The notes under the pieces were generated by a model, which saw nothing but the letters and a program-made list of their open reading frames with translations, was not told the DNA's origin and ran no database searches. A stretch of DNA of 64,000 nucleotides from an uncultured Acidobacteriota bacterium (GTDB lineage Bacteria > Acidobacteriota > UBA6911). The stretch is from contig CAWJKZ010000019.1 in the NCBI GenBank assembly GCA_963843575.1, positions 464,907 through 528,906 on the forward strand, in the 5' to 3' direction. The translations under genes and the position numbers were made by a program. Shown in pieces: positions 1 through 11,530 of this stretch; within the stretch, counting starts at the first letter, position 1; each line of letters starts with the position of its first letter.

Positions 1-1
1 C

Positions 2-319
2 CGGATACTACTCATAGCGCTCCTGTTCGCCGGTTGCGGCAGGGGTCCCGGACCGGAACCGCCGCCGCAGGGGGGCGCCGTGTCGAAGCCGGATATCAAC
101 GCCGTCCTGAGCAGGCACGACCGGGAACTGATGGCCATCCCCGGGGTGGCGGGGGTCTACGTCGGGCTTCTGGACGACGGTGCGACGCCCTGCCTGAAGG
201 TCATGGTGGTCCGGGACACCGGGGAGGTGCGGCGCAAGATCCCGAAACAGCTGGAAGGCTATCCCGTGGTCGTCGAGGAGACCGGCGAAATCCGCCCCAT
301 GGGGGACGTGCCGAAGTAG
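2..319 (+). CDS. Small lipoprotein, 5' end outside the window
   Basis: ORF 80..319 stays open upstream in frame 2: [12 protein letters not shown] (lipobox), a Pro-rich linker, then GVAGVYVG...[18 protein letters not shown]. Confidence 0.6.
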   Translation, partial: RILLIALLFAGCGRGPGPEPPPQGGAVSKPDINAVLSRHDRELMAIPGVAGVYVGLLDDGATPCLKVMVVRDTGEVRRKIPKQLEGYPVVVEETGEIRPMGDVPK

Positions 320-325
320 CCTTTA

Positions 326-401
326 AAAAGCCAGCCACGGAAAGCACGGAGGCACACGGAAACCGAGCCGAGTTCTTCCGAGCTTTCCGTGGCTGGCTTT
401 T
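326..401. repeat. Intergenic inverted repeat or possible terminator
   Basis: CCAGCCACGGAAAGC...GCTTTCCGTGGCTGG flanked by A- and T-runs; related GCCACGGAGGACACGGAA at ~10811. Confidence 0.55.
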
Positions 402-499
402 GATTTTCAGCGCGCCCGGGCGTTGGGACTATAATGGCGGGCCAGTGGCGCCGGTCGGGCGCCGGCATTCATTCCATCAATCTCGAGCAGGAGGAACAC

Positions 500-1855
500 A
501 TGTCGGGAACGGGCGATTCGGTGAATCGAAGAGACTTCATCAGGAGTGCGGCGGCGGTGACGGCGGCGCTGGGCATCGCGGGGCGCACCGGGATCTCGGC
601 GCAGCGTGCGGGCGTGTCGCGCCGGGTGGTGGGCGCAAACGATCAGATCAACCTCGGCATCATCGGGGTCGGCGGGCGCGGGACGAGCGTCGGCCGCGCC
701 TTCGCCTCGGCGGGCGCCGAGCAGAACCTGTGCCGGGTCGTGGCGGTGTGCGACGTCTACCAGAAGCGCATCGACCAGAACAAGGAAATCCACAAGTGCG
801 ACGGCTACCTCGACTACCGCGAGCTGCTGGCCCGCAAGGACATCGACGCGGTGATCATCGCCACGCCCGACCACCAGCACGCCCACATGGCCATCGAGGC
901 CATGGACGCCGGCATCGACGTCTACGTGGAAAAGCCGATGTGCCACACCATCCCCGAAACGCGCCGCATGATCGACAAGGTGAAGCAGACGGGGCGCGTC
1001 CTGATGGTCGGCTCGCAGACCACCTCGGCCGACCAGTGGCACAAGGCCAAGAAGGCGATCGCCGACGGCGCCATCGGCCAGATGATCATGAGCCAGGGCT
1101 CCTACCACCGCAACTCCAGGGACGGCGAGTGGAACTACCGGATCGACCCCGAGGCCGGCCCCGAAAAGAAGGGCGCCGACTACATCGACTGGAAGGGTGT
1201 GGCTCGGCCCGGCGCCAATCGCGCCCGTACGACGCGGACAGGTTCTTCCGGTTCCGCAAGTACTGGGACTACTCCGGCGGGACCGCCACCGACCTCTTCT
1301 TCCACGTCGCCGCGCCGCTCAACATCTGCTGGCCGCAGCCGCAGTACCCCTACCGGGTCATGGCCGGGGGCGGCAACTTCATCTTCAAGGACGGGCGCGA
1401 CGTCCCCGACACGTTCCACCTGATCGCCGACTACCCCAAGGGGCACTCGCTCGTCCTCAGCAGCTCCATGGCGAACTCGCAGCACATCCCGGGGCTCATC
1501 CGCGGCCACGAAGGCACTATCATCATGGTCGAGCACGGGCAGTTCGAGGGACGCACCGAGTACATCACGCTGCGCCCGGAAACGCAGGATCATCAGCGAC
1601 GCGTACAAGGCCAAGTTCGGCGACAGCGAAACCAAGATCGCCGTCGACCGCAAAGACGCCATGCGCGCCCACGTCCTGAACTTCATGGAGTGCGTGCGCT
1701 CCCGCCAGAAGCCGACCCTGGACGTGGAGACCGCGGCCTGCGCGCAGGTGGTGATCAGCATGTCGGTGCAGAGCTATCGCGAAGGGCGCGTTTTGTATTT
1801 CGACGAGAAGAACTGGAAGGTGGTCCCGAAGGCCCCGAAGGTGATTTCGACGTAG
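500..1855 (+). CDS. Tat-exported Gfo/Idh/MocA oxidoreductase (frameshifted in this sequence)
   Basis: NRRDFIR Tat motif, [32 protein letters not shown]; frame changes near 1197, 1225 and 1590; GGAGG RBS. Confidence 0.85.
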
Positions 1856-1865
1856 CGGAAACGAC

Positions 1866-2140
1866 TGAACCACCCGCCCCGCCCGCAAAACAAGTGGGTC
1901 CGGGCTTCAGCCCGGACGTCTTTAGATTTGCCCTGTTTGGAGAAGACAGACGAACTCAATAGCGACCGCAAACTGGGTCCGGGCTGAAGAGGCTGTCCAA
2001 CGATTGAACCACCCGCCCCGCCCGCAAAACAAGTGGGTCCGGGCTTCAGCCCGGACGTCTTTAGATCTGTCCTGTTTGGAGACAGACGAACTCAATAGCG
2101 ACCGCAAACTGCGTCCGGGCTTCAAGCCCGGACCCACTTG
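1866..2140. repeat. Tandem duplicated REP doublet (family 1, GTGGGTCCGGGCTTCAGCCCGGAC)
   Basis: Two copies 139 bp apart, each a forward palindrome, a spacer and an inverted palindrome; the spacer shares GACAGACG..ACTCAATAGCGAC with the 12.4-13.6 kb array. Confidence 0.85.
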
Positions 2141-2350
2141 TTTTAATGTGAATATCCTTCCCTCAATCACCCAGTTGTGTTATGACGGTTGCCGACGGAA
2201 GGGAGCGATTCTCCTGAGTCGCTCGTCGCACAAGTCCAAATAGAAACAGAATCAAACACGGTTGTCGTGCTCTACCGTGGGGCGCGGAAAACCGTTCCCG
2301 CACCGCGCTAGAGCGGACAACCCACTTAGCCAATGCGAAGGAGGCAAGAA

Positions 2351-5300
2351 ATGTCGGCTCAAATCCTCCGTCGAGCGGCTGCGGCCTGTGCCCTGCTGCT
2401 CTTGCTGACGGCATTCGCATACGCACAGTCTGACAACTCGACCATTTCGGGCATCGTCAAGGACCAGACCGGGGCTGCCGTTCCGGGCGCCCAGGTGACG
2501 GTCACAAACGAGAGCACCGGCTTCGAGCGTCAGGTGACCTCGAACGAACGCGGTTTCTACACCGTGACGAATATTCCGCCTGGCTATTACTCGATCAAGG
2601 TGGGGTTGGCGGGCTTCAAGACAACCACCAGCACCCGGAACAAGCTGGAAGCCGCTGTTCCGCTGGCGGTCAACATCGATCTGACGGTCGGCGAGCTCGC
2701 GGAGGTCGTCAACGTCGAAGCCACGGCAGCGCAGATGAACACCGAGTCTGCCACCGTCGGAAAGACGGTCGAGGAGACGCAGATCCAGAACATGGCGCTG
2801 AACGGCCGCAACCCGCTGTTCCTGGCGTTGTTGAAACCCGGGGTGCGCCGCGGCTCGGTGGCCGGCTTCAGCTACGGTCTGGACTCCGCCGGCCTGACGA
2901 TCAACGGCGGCCGTTCCCAGGACTCACTCATCACGTTTGACGGCGCGGTCGGCATCCGCACCCGGGCCAACGGCACTTCGATCGGCACGGCCGACGTGGA
3001 CACCATCCAGGAAGTCCAGATTCTCACCGCCAACTATTCGGCCGAATACGGACGATCCGCGGCAGGCCAGGTCCGGATGGTGACCAAGTCCGGCGGCAAA
3101 GACTTCCACGGCACTTTGTTCGAGTACCTCCGCAACGACGCGCTGGACGCGAACAGCTGGAGCCGCAACCGCAACCAGGCCACCAACTTCGTCTCCCCGT
3201 TCCGTTATAACCAGTTCGGCTACAACATCAACGGACCGGTGATGATCCCGGGCGTGTTCAACGCCAGCCGCGAAAAACTGTTCTTCCTGTGGAGCCAGGA
3301 ATGGGTGCGCCGCCGGGCGGAGGAAACGCAATTCCAGCGCGTACCCTCCCTCAAGATGCGCAACGGCGACTTCAGCGAACTGCTCGGTTCGAACATTTTT
3401 TACAGCGGCACGCGCACCATCACCGATCCGCTGACGGGGCAGCCGTTCGACGGGAACATCATCCCGGCGAGCAGGCTCAGCCCGAACGGGATCGCATTTC
3501 TGCGCACCTACCCGGAACCGAACGGGTTGTACCAGGGGAACAACAACTTTACCAAGACGCGTCCCAACTGGCAGAACCAGCGCAAGGACATGATCGCGAT
3601 CGATTTCAACCCGGCCCCGACCCATTTCATCAAGTTCCGCCACGCCAACTACGCGTACACGGCCCTCGATACCTTCCGGACAGGGTTCGACTACGCCATC
3701 ACCGACTGGTACGCGCCCGAACAAGACCGCCAGCCTCGGCCACACCTGGACGCTCAGCCCGACGACGATCAACGAAGTTCCTCGTCTCGGCTTCGGTGGA
3801 CCGCGTGTTCATCGGCGTCGACCGCACGGGCGAGCGCTACCTGCGCTCGCGCCCCGGCATCAACTACCCGTACATCTTCCCCGAGCGCAAGGAGATCTAC
3901 GACAAGGTCCCGACCATCGAGATCCCCAACGTGGGCACGATCGACGGCGGGCCGTATCCGTCGAGCTCCGACCGGGCCCATCTATCAGGTCTCGAACAAC
4001 TTCACCAAGATCGGAGCAACCACACGTTCAAGATGGGCGTCCTGTGGGAGCGTTCCGGCCAGAACGACTTCGACCAGATCAACGTCTCCGGCGTTCCGGG
4101 CGGCACCAACAACCAGAACGGCCGCTTCATCTTCACCGACACCCGTCCGGCGGCGCGGCAGCCGGCACCGGCCTGGCCAATGCCGCACTGGGCCTCTTCT
4201 CGACCTACGCCGAGATCGGCCCGCGCGCCTTCACGCCCTACCGCAGCCACATGTTCGAGTTCTTCGGACAGGATTCCTGGCGCGTCAACCGCCAAGCTGA
4301 AGCTGGAACTCGGCGTCCGCGCCACGTGGATGAACGGTTACTACAAGTCGCTGTGGGGCAACATCGCCGTCTTCCGTCCGGAGAAGTACGACCCGTCCAA
4401 GGCGGCCGTGGTGGACCGCGCCACCGGCAACGATCCTCAGCGGCGACCGCTACAATGGCGTCGTCATTCCGGGCTCGTCCTTCCCGGATGCCGGCAAGGG
4501 CCGGGTGCCGGCGATCGACAGCGGCGAGTACAACCGGCTGCTGTACGGGCGGCAGCCCGTACCCGTCTCCGAACCAGTGGAACGTCATGCCGCGCCTCGG
4601 CTTCGCCTACTCGCTGACCGGCGAAGGACGTGATCCGCGCCGGCTTCGGCGGCTTCGTGTCCCGTCCCCGGCGTGTACGACAGCGTCTTCCTCGGCGGCA
4701 ACCCGCCGTGGCAGCCCATGGTTTCGGTGACGAACGGCATCGCCGACAACCCGGGCGGCGGTCCGCGCACGGCCTTCCCGCAGTTCTTCATGACCGTCGA
4801 CCCGGCGTACAAGATCCCGCACCGCCTACAACTGGAACATTACGTACCAGCGGCAGATCACCAACGACACGACGGTCGAAGTCGGCTACGTCGGCACCAC
4901 CGGGACTCACCTCGGCCGCGAGCGCGACCTGAACCAGTTGCCCACCGGCACGACCTTCAAACCGGAGAACGCCGGCGCGAACGTCGAACTTCCTGCGCCC
5001 CTATCTCGGGTTTGCCAACATCCCCATGCTCGAGCACTCCGGCCGCAGCAAGTACAACGGCCTGCAGGTCGAAGTGAACCGCCGCTTCACCAAAGGGCTG
5101 CTCTACGGCTTCGCCTACACGCTGTCGAAGGCGATGGACAACAACTCCGGTCTGCGCGACGGCTTCATCGACGTCTACAACCAGGACCTGAACTGGGGCA
5201 AGTCCGACAACGACACCCGCCACGTCGTCGGTCATCAACTTCGTCTGGGAGATGCCGTTCTTCAACAAGAGGCACCGGCATCGCCAAGGTCGCGCTCGGC

Positions 5301-5798
5301 GGCTGGCAGGTCTCGGGCGTGATCCAGTTCCAGACCGGCGCGCCGTTCACCGATCGCCACGGTCGACGATTACCTCGGCATCGGCTCGACCAACGACAAG
5401 CCGTGGAACCTGAACGGCGAGCCCGACCTGCCGCAGAAGTTCGCCAACGCGAACTGCCAGCCGGCAACTACACCGGCGTCACGGACTTCTGGTTCACCCC
5501 GACCGTCGACGGCCAGCCCTGGGCCACCAAGCCGGCCAACGGCACGCTGCCGAACCAGAACCGCAATTCGATCGGCTTCAACAACGTCGGCTTCCAGAAC
5601 TGGAACCTGGCGCTGTTCAAGGCATTCCGCATCACCGAGCGGCCAGGCGTTCCAGTTCCGCGTCGAGGGCTTCAACTGGCTCAACCATCCGAACTGGGGC
5701 GGCGTGGACACCAACCCGACGTCGCTCCACGTTCGGCATGGTCACCGAGCAAGAGCAGCGAGCGCAACATGCAGGTCGCCCTGCGGCTGACGTTCTAG
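2351..5798 (+). CDS. TonB-dependent receptor, Oar-like, with N-terminal carboxypeptidase-regulatory-like domain (multiple frameshifts)
   Basis: Signal peptide, ISGIVKDQTGAAVPGAQVTV, LNGRNP, YSAEYGRSA, TKSGG..FHG..FEYLRN, PRLGFAY, C-terminus RNMQVALRLTF. Confidence 0.9.
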
Positions 5799-5799
5799 C

Positions 5800-5903
5800 T
5801 GTGGAGTGCGGCGCCTGGGCGCCGCTTTTGCTTAGTTCCTAAGGCCGGGATGCCCGGCGCCTAGGCGCCGGGATCAAAGCGGCGTCGAGCCGCCGCACTC
5901 CAT
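5800..5903. repeat. REP doublet (family 2, GGAGTGCGGCG...CGCCGC)
   Basis: TGGAGTGCGGCGCCTGGGCGCCGCTTT...AAAGCGGCGTCGAGCCGCCGCACTCCA between convergent genes. Confidence 0.8.
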
Positions 5904-5904
5904 A

Positions 5905-6502
5905 TTATCGGGCGAGCAGATACAGGCCGAAGGCGGCCAGCGCCAGCGGCCGACGCGCCGATCAGCGCCCGGTTGACCCGGTGCCCGAAGCTGCGGGCGC
6001 CGTGCGACAGCATCACCATCCCCGCCATGGCGGCGATCATCGTCACGTAAAACGAAGCCACGACCGCCACCCCGTTCGCCGGCGCCTCCCGCCACCCCCT
6101 CAGCAGCATCGGCCCCAGCACCAGGCTCCACCCGAGATAGCAGTTCGGATTGAGGAAGTTCACCAGCGCCGCCTTGAGCAGCGTCCGGTCGCCGCGCGCG
6201 TCGTCGGCCGGCCCACGGGCGTCGTACGTGCGCCACGTGCGCCACGCCCCCAGCGCCAGGTAGAGGACGTACAGGCCGCCCGGGATCGACAGCAGCTGCA
6301 GCACGCGCACCGGCGTCCGGCTCAACAGCAGCAGCATGACGACCGCGATCGGGCCGTCGCTGATCAGTGGGGCGAAAATCGCCGGGAGCGTGCGGCGCCA
6401 GCCGGATTTGAGGGTTTCGGCCACCAGGTAGGTCGCCAGCGGTCCCGGTTGCACGGCCGCCGCGAACCCGTACGCGGCCCCCTGGATCAGATGTATCAGC
6501 AT
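5905..6502 (-). CDS. LysE-family translocator
   Basis: AAVQPGP, ISDGP, NFLNPN motifs and hydrophobic helices; frameshift near 5945 gives the C-terminus LAAFGLYLLAR*. Confidence 0.8.
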
Positions 6503-6517
6503 AAAAGAAGAGTGCAA

Positions 6518-7855
6518 TCACTCGCGGCTGGAGACGCCGTACTCCTTGAGCCGGTATTGGAGCGTCCGCAGGCTGATGCCGAGCTCCTCCGCCGTGAGCC
6601 GCCGCTCCCCCTTGTTGCGGGCCAGCGACTCCAGGATCGCCGCCTTCTCCATTTCGGCCAGCGACCCCGGACGCGCCGCGCCCGGGCGCGCCTCCGTCTG
6701 CATCGGGAGATCCTCGGGCTCGATCGCCCCCGACCGGGAGACGATGAGCGCCCGCTCGACGGCGTTGGACAGTTCGCGGACGTTCCCCGGCCAGTCGTAG
6801 CCGCGGAGCAGCTCCTGCGCCGCCGGACCGAGCGCCGCGGCGGGCCGCCCCATCCGCAGGGAAAACTTGCGCAGGAAGTGCTCCGCGAGCGGGATCACGT
6901 CCTCGCGCCGTTCGCGCAGCGGGGGGATCGGGATCGGAAAGACGTTGAGCCGATAGTACAGATCCTCGCGGAACGTCCGGGCGGCGAGCGCTTCGGTCAG
7001 GTCCCGGTTGGTCGCCGCGATGACGCGCACGTCGACGCTGATGGAGCGCTGGCCCCCGACCCTCTCGAACTGCTGCTCCTGCAGGACGCGCAGGAACTTG
7101 GCCTGGACGTTCATCCCCATTTCGGCGACCTCGTCCAGGAACAGGGTGCCGCCGTGGGCGAGCTCGAAACGGCCCCGGCGCATCTGCGCGGCCCCGGTGA
7201 ACGCCCCCTTCTCGTGCCCGAACAGCTCGGATTCGAGCAGGCTCTCGGTGATGGCGGCGCAGTTCAGGGCGACGAACGGCGCGTCCCGCCGCGGGCTGCG
7301 CCGGTGGATGAAGCGCGCGACCACTTCCTTGCCCGTCCCCGACTCCCCGGTGAGCAGCACGGTCGTCGGCTGCGCCGCGACCTGCTCGGCGAATCGCAGG
7401 ACGCGCTTGATGCCGTCGCTCTCGGCGACCACGTCCGACGGGAACGCCGCCTCGGTCTCCTGCTGGTGCAGCAGCCGTTCCTCGCGCAGCCCGCGGTTGT
7501 GCAGCACCTTCGCGACGGCCAGCCGCAGCTCCTCCGGGCTCTTGAGCGGCTTGATGAGGTACTCTTCCGCCCCGAGCTTCACCGCCTCGACCGCGGTCTC
7601 GACCGAGCCGTAGGCGGTCAGCACGATGACGGGGGTCTCCGGCGCCTTCTCGCGCATCCAGCGGATCAGCTCGATCCCGCCCACGCCCGGCATCCGCTCG
7701 TCGGTGATGACGAGGTCGAAGCTGCGGTTGGCGAGCAGCTGCATCGCCTCGCTCCCGTCCGCGGCGGCGACCACGGAGTAGTCCCGGGACAGGGACCCGC
7801 TCAGCAGCTGCCGCTGCGCGGGCTCGTCGTCGACGACCAGCACGGTGCGCTTCAT
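6518..7855 (-). CDS. Sigma54-dependent response regulator (NtrC/AtoC/ZraR family)
   Basis: REC domain (VLVVDDE, DERMPG), GESGTGKE, GAFTGA, FREDLYYRLNV, WPGNVREL, Fis-type HTH. Confidence 0.95.
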   Translation of the reverse strand: MKRTVLVVDDEPAQRQLLSGSLSRDYSVVAAADGSEAMQLLANRSFDLVITDERMPGVGGIELIRWMREKAPETPVIVLTAYGSVETAVEAVKLGAEEYLIKPLKSPEELRLAVAKVLHNRGLREERLLHQQETEAAFPSDVVAESDGIKRVLRFAEQVAAQPTTVLLTGESGTGKEVVARFIHRRSPRRDAPFVALNCAAITESLLESELFGHEKGAFTGAAQMRRGRFELAHGGTLFLDEVAEMGMNVQAKFLRVLQEQQFERVGGQRSISVDVRVIAATNRDLTEALAARTFREDLYYRLNVFPIPIPPLRERREDVIPLAEHFLRKFSLRMGRPAAALGPAAQELLRGYDWPGNVRELSNAVERALIVSRSGAIEPEDLPMQTEARPGAARPGSLAEMEKAAILESLARNKGERRLTAEELGISLRTLQYRLKEYGVSSRE

Positions 7856-9132
7856 GGGTTCGCCTCGCGCGCCTCCCGCGGTTCGAGATCGGGCAGCCGG
7901 ATGGAGCAGAGGGCCCCCCCGAGCCGTCCGTTGGCCAGCACGATGCTGCCCCCCAGAGCTTCCACGATCTGGCGCGAAACCGCAAGGCCCAACCCGGTGC
8001 CGCGCGTTTTCGTCGTGACGAACGGCTGGAACAGCTCCTCGGGGTCGCGGCCGCCGAACCCTGCGCCGCTGTCTCCTATCTCGACGAGGAGCGCGCGGCC
8101 GCGCTCCTCGCGCCGGGCGCTCAGCGAGACGCGCCCCTCGCGCGGCACCGCGTCCAACGCGTTCGAGAGCACGTTGAGCAGGACCTGCCGCAGGCCATTC
8201 GGGTCGGAGCGCGCCTTGAGCCCCGGCGGGACCGACGTCTCGAGCTCGACCCCGGCGACCTGCAGGCGCTGGCGTAACAGCGTCCGCAGCTCCGCGACCA
8301 GCTCCGCCACGTCGAATTCCTCTGCCTGCGTCCCCTTGGGGCGCGCGAAGTCGAGCAGGTCCGAGACCAGCCGTTCCAGCCGTTCCGCCTCGCTCACCAC
8401 CGTGCGCATGGCCGCCTGCGCGCCGTGCTCCGGGGGCAATTCCTCCTGCGCCAGCTGCGTCAGCCCTTTCATGGCCCCGAGCGGGTTGCGGATTTCGTGG
8501 GCCAGCGCCGCCGCCATCGTCCCGAGCGCCCGGAGGTGCTGCTGGGCGCGTTCGCGCGCCTCGAGCTCGAGGAAGCGGCGGATCACGCGCAGCAGCAGCA
8601 TCGACAGCAGCACCAGGAAGGCCACCGCGACGCCGGAGACCGCCAGGTGCACGTACGCCTGGTTCCGGATGAACGCCGCCCCCGACCCGTAGAGGCCGAC
8701 GCGGAGCCGCCAGCCCGCGATCTGGGCGGTCGCCCCGGCGTGCTGCGCCCCGCGCCCCGGTACCAGCGGCAGCTCGGAGACGTAGACCTCCCCGGGTGTC
8801 GGTGCCGCGGCGCCCGCGTGCGCGAGCACCGTCCCCGGCTGGTCGACCACCTCGAGGTATGCGACCGTGTCCGCGTAGACGGGGTAGCTCTCCTCCAGCA
8901 GCGACTGCCAGAACTGCGCGTTGTTGCGCCGCCCCGGGCCGCGGGCCTGCGCCTCGACGGCCGCTGCGATCTCGCGGCCGCGGTTGGAGAGGTATTGCGT
9001 GCGCAGCCGCAGCAGCGTGGTGAAGGTGAAGAGCGCGCTGGTCGCCAGGCACGCGGAAATCAGGACCACGGCGGCGACGAAGAGCCTCGTCGGAAAGGCA
9101 CGCGAATGCTGGTCCCTTCGCGGAGAACTCAT
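7852..9132 (-). CDS. Membrane sensor histidine kinase (ZraS/NtrB-like)
   Basis: Two TM segments, LAHEIRNPL, NVLSNA, DSGAG, GTGLGL; 4-bp overlap with the regulator. Confidence 0.93.
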   Translation of the reverse strand: MSSPRRDQHSRAFPTRLFVAAVVLISACLATSALFTFTTLLRLRTQYLSNRGREIAAAVEAQARGPGRRNNAQFWQSLLEESYPVYADTVAYLEVVDQPGTVLAHAGAAAPTPGEVYVSELPLVPGRGAQHAGATAQIAGWRLRVGLYGSGAAFIRNQAYVHLAVSGVAVAFLVLLSMLLLRVIRRFLELEARERAQQHLRALGTMAAALAHEIRNPLGAMKGLTQLAQEELPPEHGAQAAMRTVVSEAERLERLVSDLLDFARPKGTQAEEFDVAELVAELRTLLRQRLQVAGVELETSVPPGLKARSDPNGLRQVLLNVLSNALDAVPREGRVSLSARREERGRALLVEIGDSGAGFGGRDPEELFQPFVTTKTRGTGLGLAVSRQIVEALGGSIVLANGRLGGALCSIRLPDLEPREAREANP

Positions 9133-9151
9133 GGCAACGCTAGTGTATACC

Positions 9152-9350
9152 ATGGAGTGCGGCGCCTCGGCGCCGCTTTGCTCAGTTCCTGAGGCCGGGA
9201 TGGCCGGCGCCTAGGCGCCGGGATCAAAGCGGCGTCGAGCCGTGCCGGCGGCGCCGAAATCGAAACGCCGCAATATGGAGTGCGGCGCCTGGGCGCCGCT
9301 TTGCTTAGTTCCTAAGGCCGGGATGGCCGGCGCCTAGGCGCCGCACTCCA
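9152..9350. repeat. Two family-2 REP elements
   Basis: Near-identical to 5800-5903 including the spacer (TTCCTAAGGCCGGGATGGCCGGCGCCTAGGCGCC). Confidence 0.85.
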
Positions 9351-9412
9351 CGCCACTTGTTTTGCGTCTTCCGGGTCGGCTATCCTAGCGGCATATCGAG
9401 AGGAGATTTCCT

Positions 9413-10789
9413 ATGCCATCTACCAGTCGCCGCGAATTCATCAAGCAGGCAGCGTTGAGCACCGGGGTGGCGGCCGCGCCGGCCGTGCGCGTTTCCTGGG
9501 GGCGCAGCAGCCCCAACGAGCGAGTCAACATCGGGGTGGTCGGCTTCCGCAACCGCGGGCGCGACCACTATCGCGCCTTCGCCGGCCTCGCCAACGTGCG
9601 CGTCGCCTACCTGTGCGACGTCGATGAGCGCCTGTTGCCGCCGGCGGTCGACGAGGTGGAAAAAGCCGCGGGCTACCGTCCGGCGACCTTCGTCGACCTG
9701 CGCAAGCTGCTCGAGCAGAAGGACCTGGACGCCGTCTCGATCGCGACCCCGGACCACTGGCACGCGCTGCAAACGATCTGGGCCTGCCAGGCCGGCAAGG
9801 ACGTCTACGTCGAAAAGCCCGTCTGCCACAACCTGCTCGAGGGGCGCAAGATGGTCGACGCGGCCCGCAAGCACAACCGGATCGTCCAGGTCGGGCTCAA
9901 CCGGCGCAGCGAGGTGAAAAACCGCGCCGGCGCCCGCTTCGTGCACGCGGGGGCGTTCGGCAAGGCCTACCGCGCCAAGGCCGTCGTCTACCGCGGCCGC
10001 ACCAGCGTCGGCCGCACCCCCGTCGTGCCGGTCCCTCAGGGCGTGCACTGGGACCTCTTCCTCGGCCCCGCGCCGGAGCACCCCTTCACGCTCAACCGTT
10101 TCCACTACGGCTGGCACTACTTCTGGGAGACCGCCACCACCGAGGTCGGCAACAACGGCGTCCACGCCCTCGACATCCTGCGCTGGGGCCTGGGCAAGGA
10201 CGTCCACCCGGTGAAGATCCACTGCTACGGCGGGTTCTACGAGGACAACTCGGACCAGGAGACGCCCAACCTGCAGAACGCCTACTTCGAATACGCCGAC
10301 GGCACCCTGGTCGAACTCGAAGCCACGACGCTCCCGAGCCCGTCGTTCGGCGGCGTCCAGATGGGCGAGTTCTTCTACACCTCCCGCGGCTACATCACCT
10401 CCGCGCAGGACTGGAGCGCCGTCGTCGGCGACTTCGTCCCGGGCAACACGCCCGACCCGCCGTCGGGTGTCTCGCTGCGCGCCTCCAACCTGAGCTTCCC
10501 CAGGATCTCCTACAACCCGGGTCCCGCGATCCCGCCGCTGGAGGAACCGGAGGTGAGCCACTTCCAGAATTTCGTCGACTGCGTGCGGTCGCGCAAGAGG
10601 GAAGACCTGCACTGCGAGATGCTCGAGGGACACATGTCCACGGCCCTGTGCCACCTCGCGAACATCGCGTTCCGGACCGGCCGCAGGCTTACCTTCGACC
10701 CGGCCACCGAGACGTTCCCCGGGGACGAGGAGGCCAACCGCTACCTCACCCGCGAGTACCGAGCGCCGTTCGTGCTCCCGAAGGTTTAG
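9413..10789 (+). CDS. Tat-exported Gfo/Idh/MocA oxidoreductase
   Basis: SRREFIK, IATPDHWH, YVEKP, WDLFLGPAP, NNGVHALD; GAGGAG RBS. Confidence 0.92.
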   Translation: MPSTSRREFIKQAALSTGVAAAPAVRVSWGRSSPNERVNIGVVGFRNRGRDHYRAFAGLANVRVAYLCDVDERLLPPAVDEVEKAAGYRPATFVDLRKLLEQKDLDAVSIATPDHWHALQTIWACQAGKDVYVEKPVCHNLLEGRKMVDAARKHNRIVQVGLNRRSEVKNRAGARFVHAGAFGKAYRAKAVVYRGRTSVGRTPVVPVPQGVHWDLFLGPAPEHPFTLNRFHYGWHYFWETATTEVGNNGVHALDILRWGLGKDVHPVKIHCYGGFYEDNSDQETPNLQNAYFEYADGTLVELEATTLPSPSFGGVQMGEFFYTSRGYITSAQDWSAVVGDFVPGNTPDPPSGVSLRASNLSFPRISYNPGPAIPPLEEPEVSHFQNFVDCVRSRKREDLHCEMLEGHMSTALCHLANIAFRTGRRLTFDPATETFPGDEEANRYLTREYRAPFVLPKV

Positions 10790-10872
10790 AGGAGACATTT
10801 AACAAAACTCGCCACGGAGGACACGGAAAAAAGTCTTCGAGGTGAGCTTTACACCAAACCCAGGAGTTTCCT

Positions 10873-11379
10873 ATGGCACAGATCAGCTTCAAAGGCAGTC
10901 CCATCCACACCTCCGGCGCCCTCCCCGGCCCCGGTCAGGCCGCGCCGAACTTCACCGTCACCATGGCCGACCTGAGCGAAATGTCGCTCTCCGACCTGAA
11001 GGGGAGGCGCGTCGTCCTGAACATCTTCCCCAGCATCGACACCTCGGTGTGCGCCGCGTCGGTGCGCAGGTTCAACGCCGAGGCCACGAAGCTCGAAAAC
11101 ACGTCGGTCCTGTGCATCTCGAGAGACCTCCCCTTCGCGCAGAAGCGGTTCTGCGCGGCCGAGGGGCTCGACCACGTGATCACGGCCTCGGAATACAAGG
11201 ACGACAACTTCTCGCGCGCCTACGGCGTCAAGATGGTGGACGGCCCGCTGAAGGGCCTGTTGTCGCGGGCCGTGGTGGTGGTGGACGAAAGCGGGCTGGT
11301 GCTGCACGCCGAGCAGGTCCCCGAGATCACCCAGGAACCAGACTACGCCGCCGCCCTGGCCGCCCTGCGGACAAGGTGA
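10873..11379 (+). CDS. tpx: Thiol peroxidase (atypical 2-Cys peroxiredoxin)
   Basis: FPSIDTSVC, SRDLPFAQKRFC, EITQEPDY. Confidence 0.95.
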   Translation: MAQISFKGSPIHTSGALPGPGQAAPNFTVTMADLSEMSLSDLKGRRVVLNIFPSIDTSVCAASVRRFNAEATKLENTSVLCISRDLPFAQKRFCAAEGLDHVITASEYKDDNFSRAYGVKMVDGPLKGLLSRAVVVVDESGLVLHAEQVPEITQEPDYAAALAALRTR

Positions 11380-11396
11380 CCGGAGTGGCATTATCG

Positions 11397-11530
11397 CAAG
11401 TGGGTCCGGGCTTCAGCCCGGACGCCTTTTGCAGTCGCTATTGAGTGCATCTGTCACGATATGAAAGGGTTTTAAAGGCGTCCGGGCTGAAGCCCGGACC
11501 CACTTGGCTAAAGCCCGGACCCACTTGGGA
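11397..11530. repeat. Family-1 REP doublet plus a partial third palindrome
   Basis: Forward REP, reverse-complement of the array core, inverted REP. Confidence 0.85.

Noticed and set aside
2283-2302. LacI-type operator upstream of the TonB-dependent receptor (GGAAAACCGTTCCC)
   Set aside because: Symmetry is only partial and no LacI gene is in the window.
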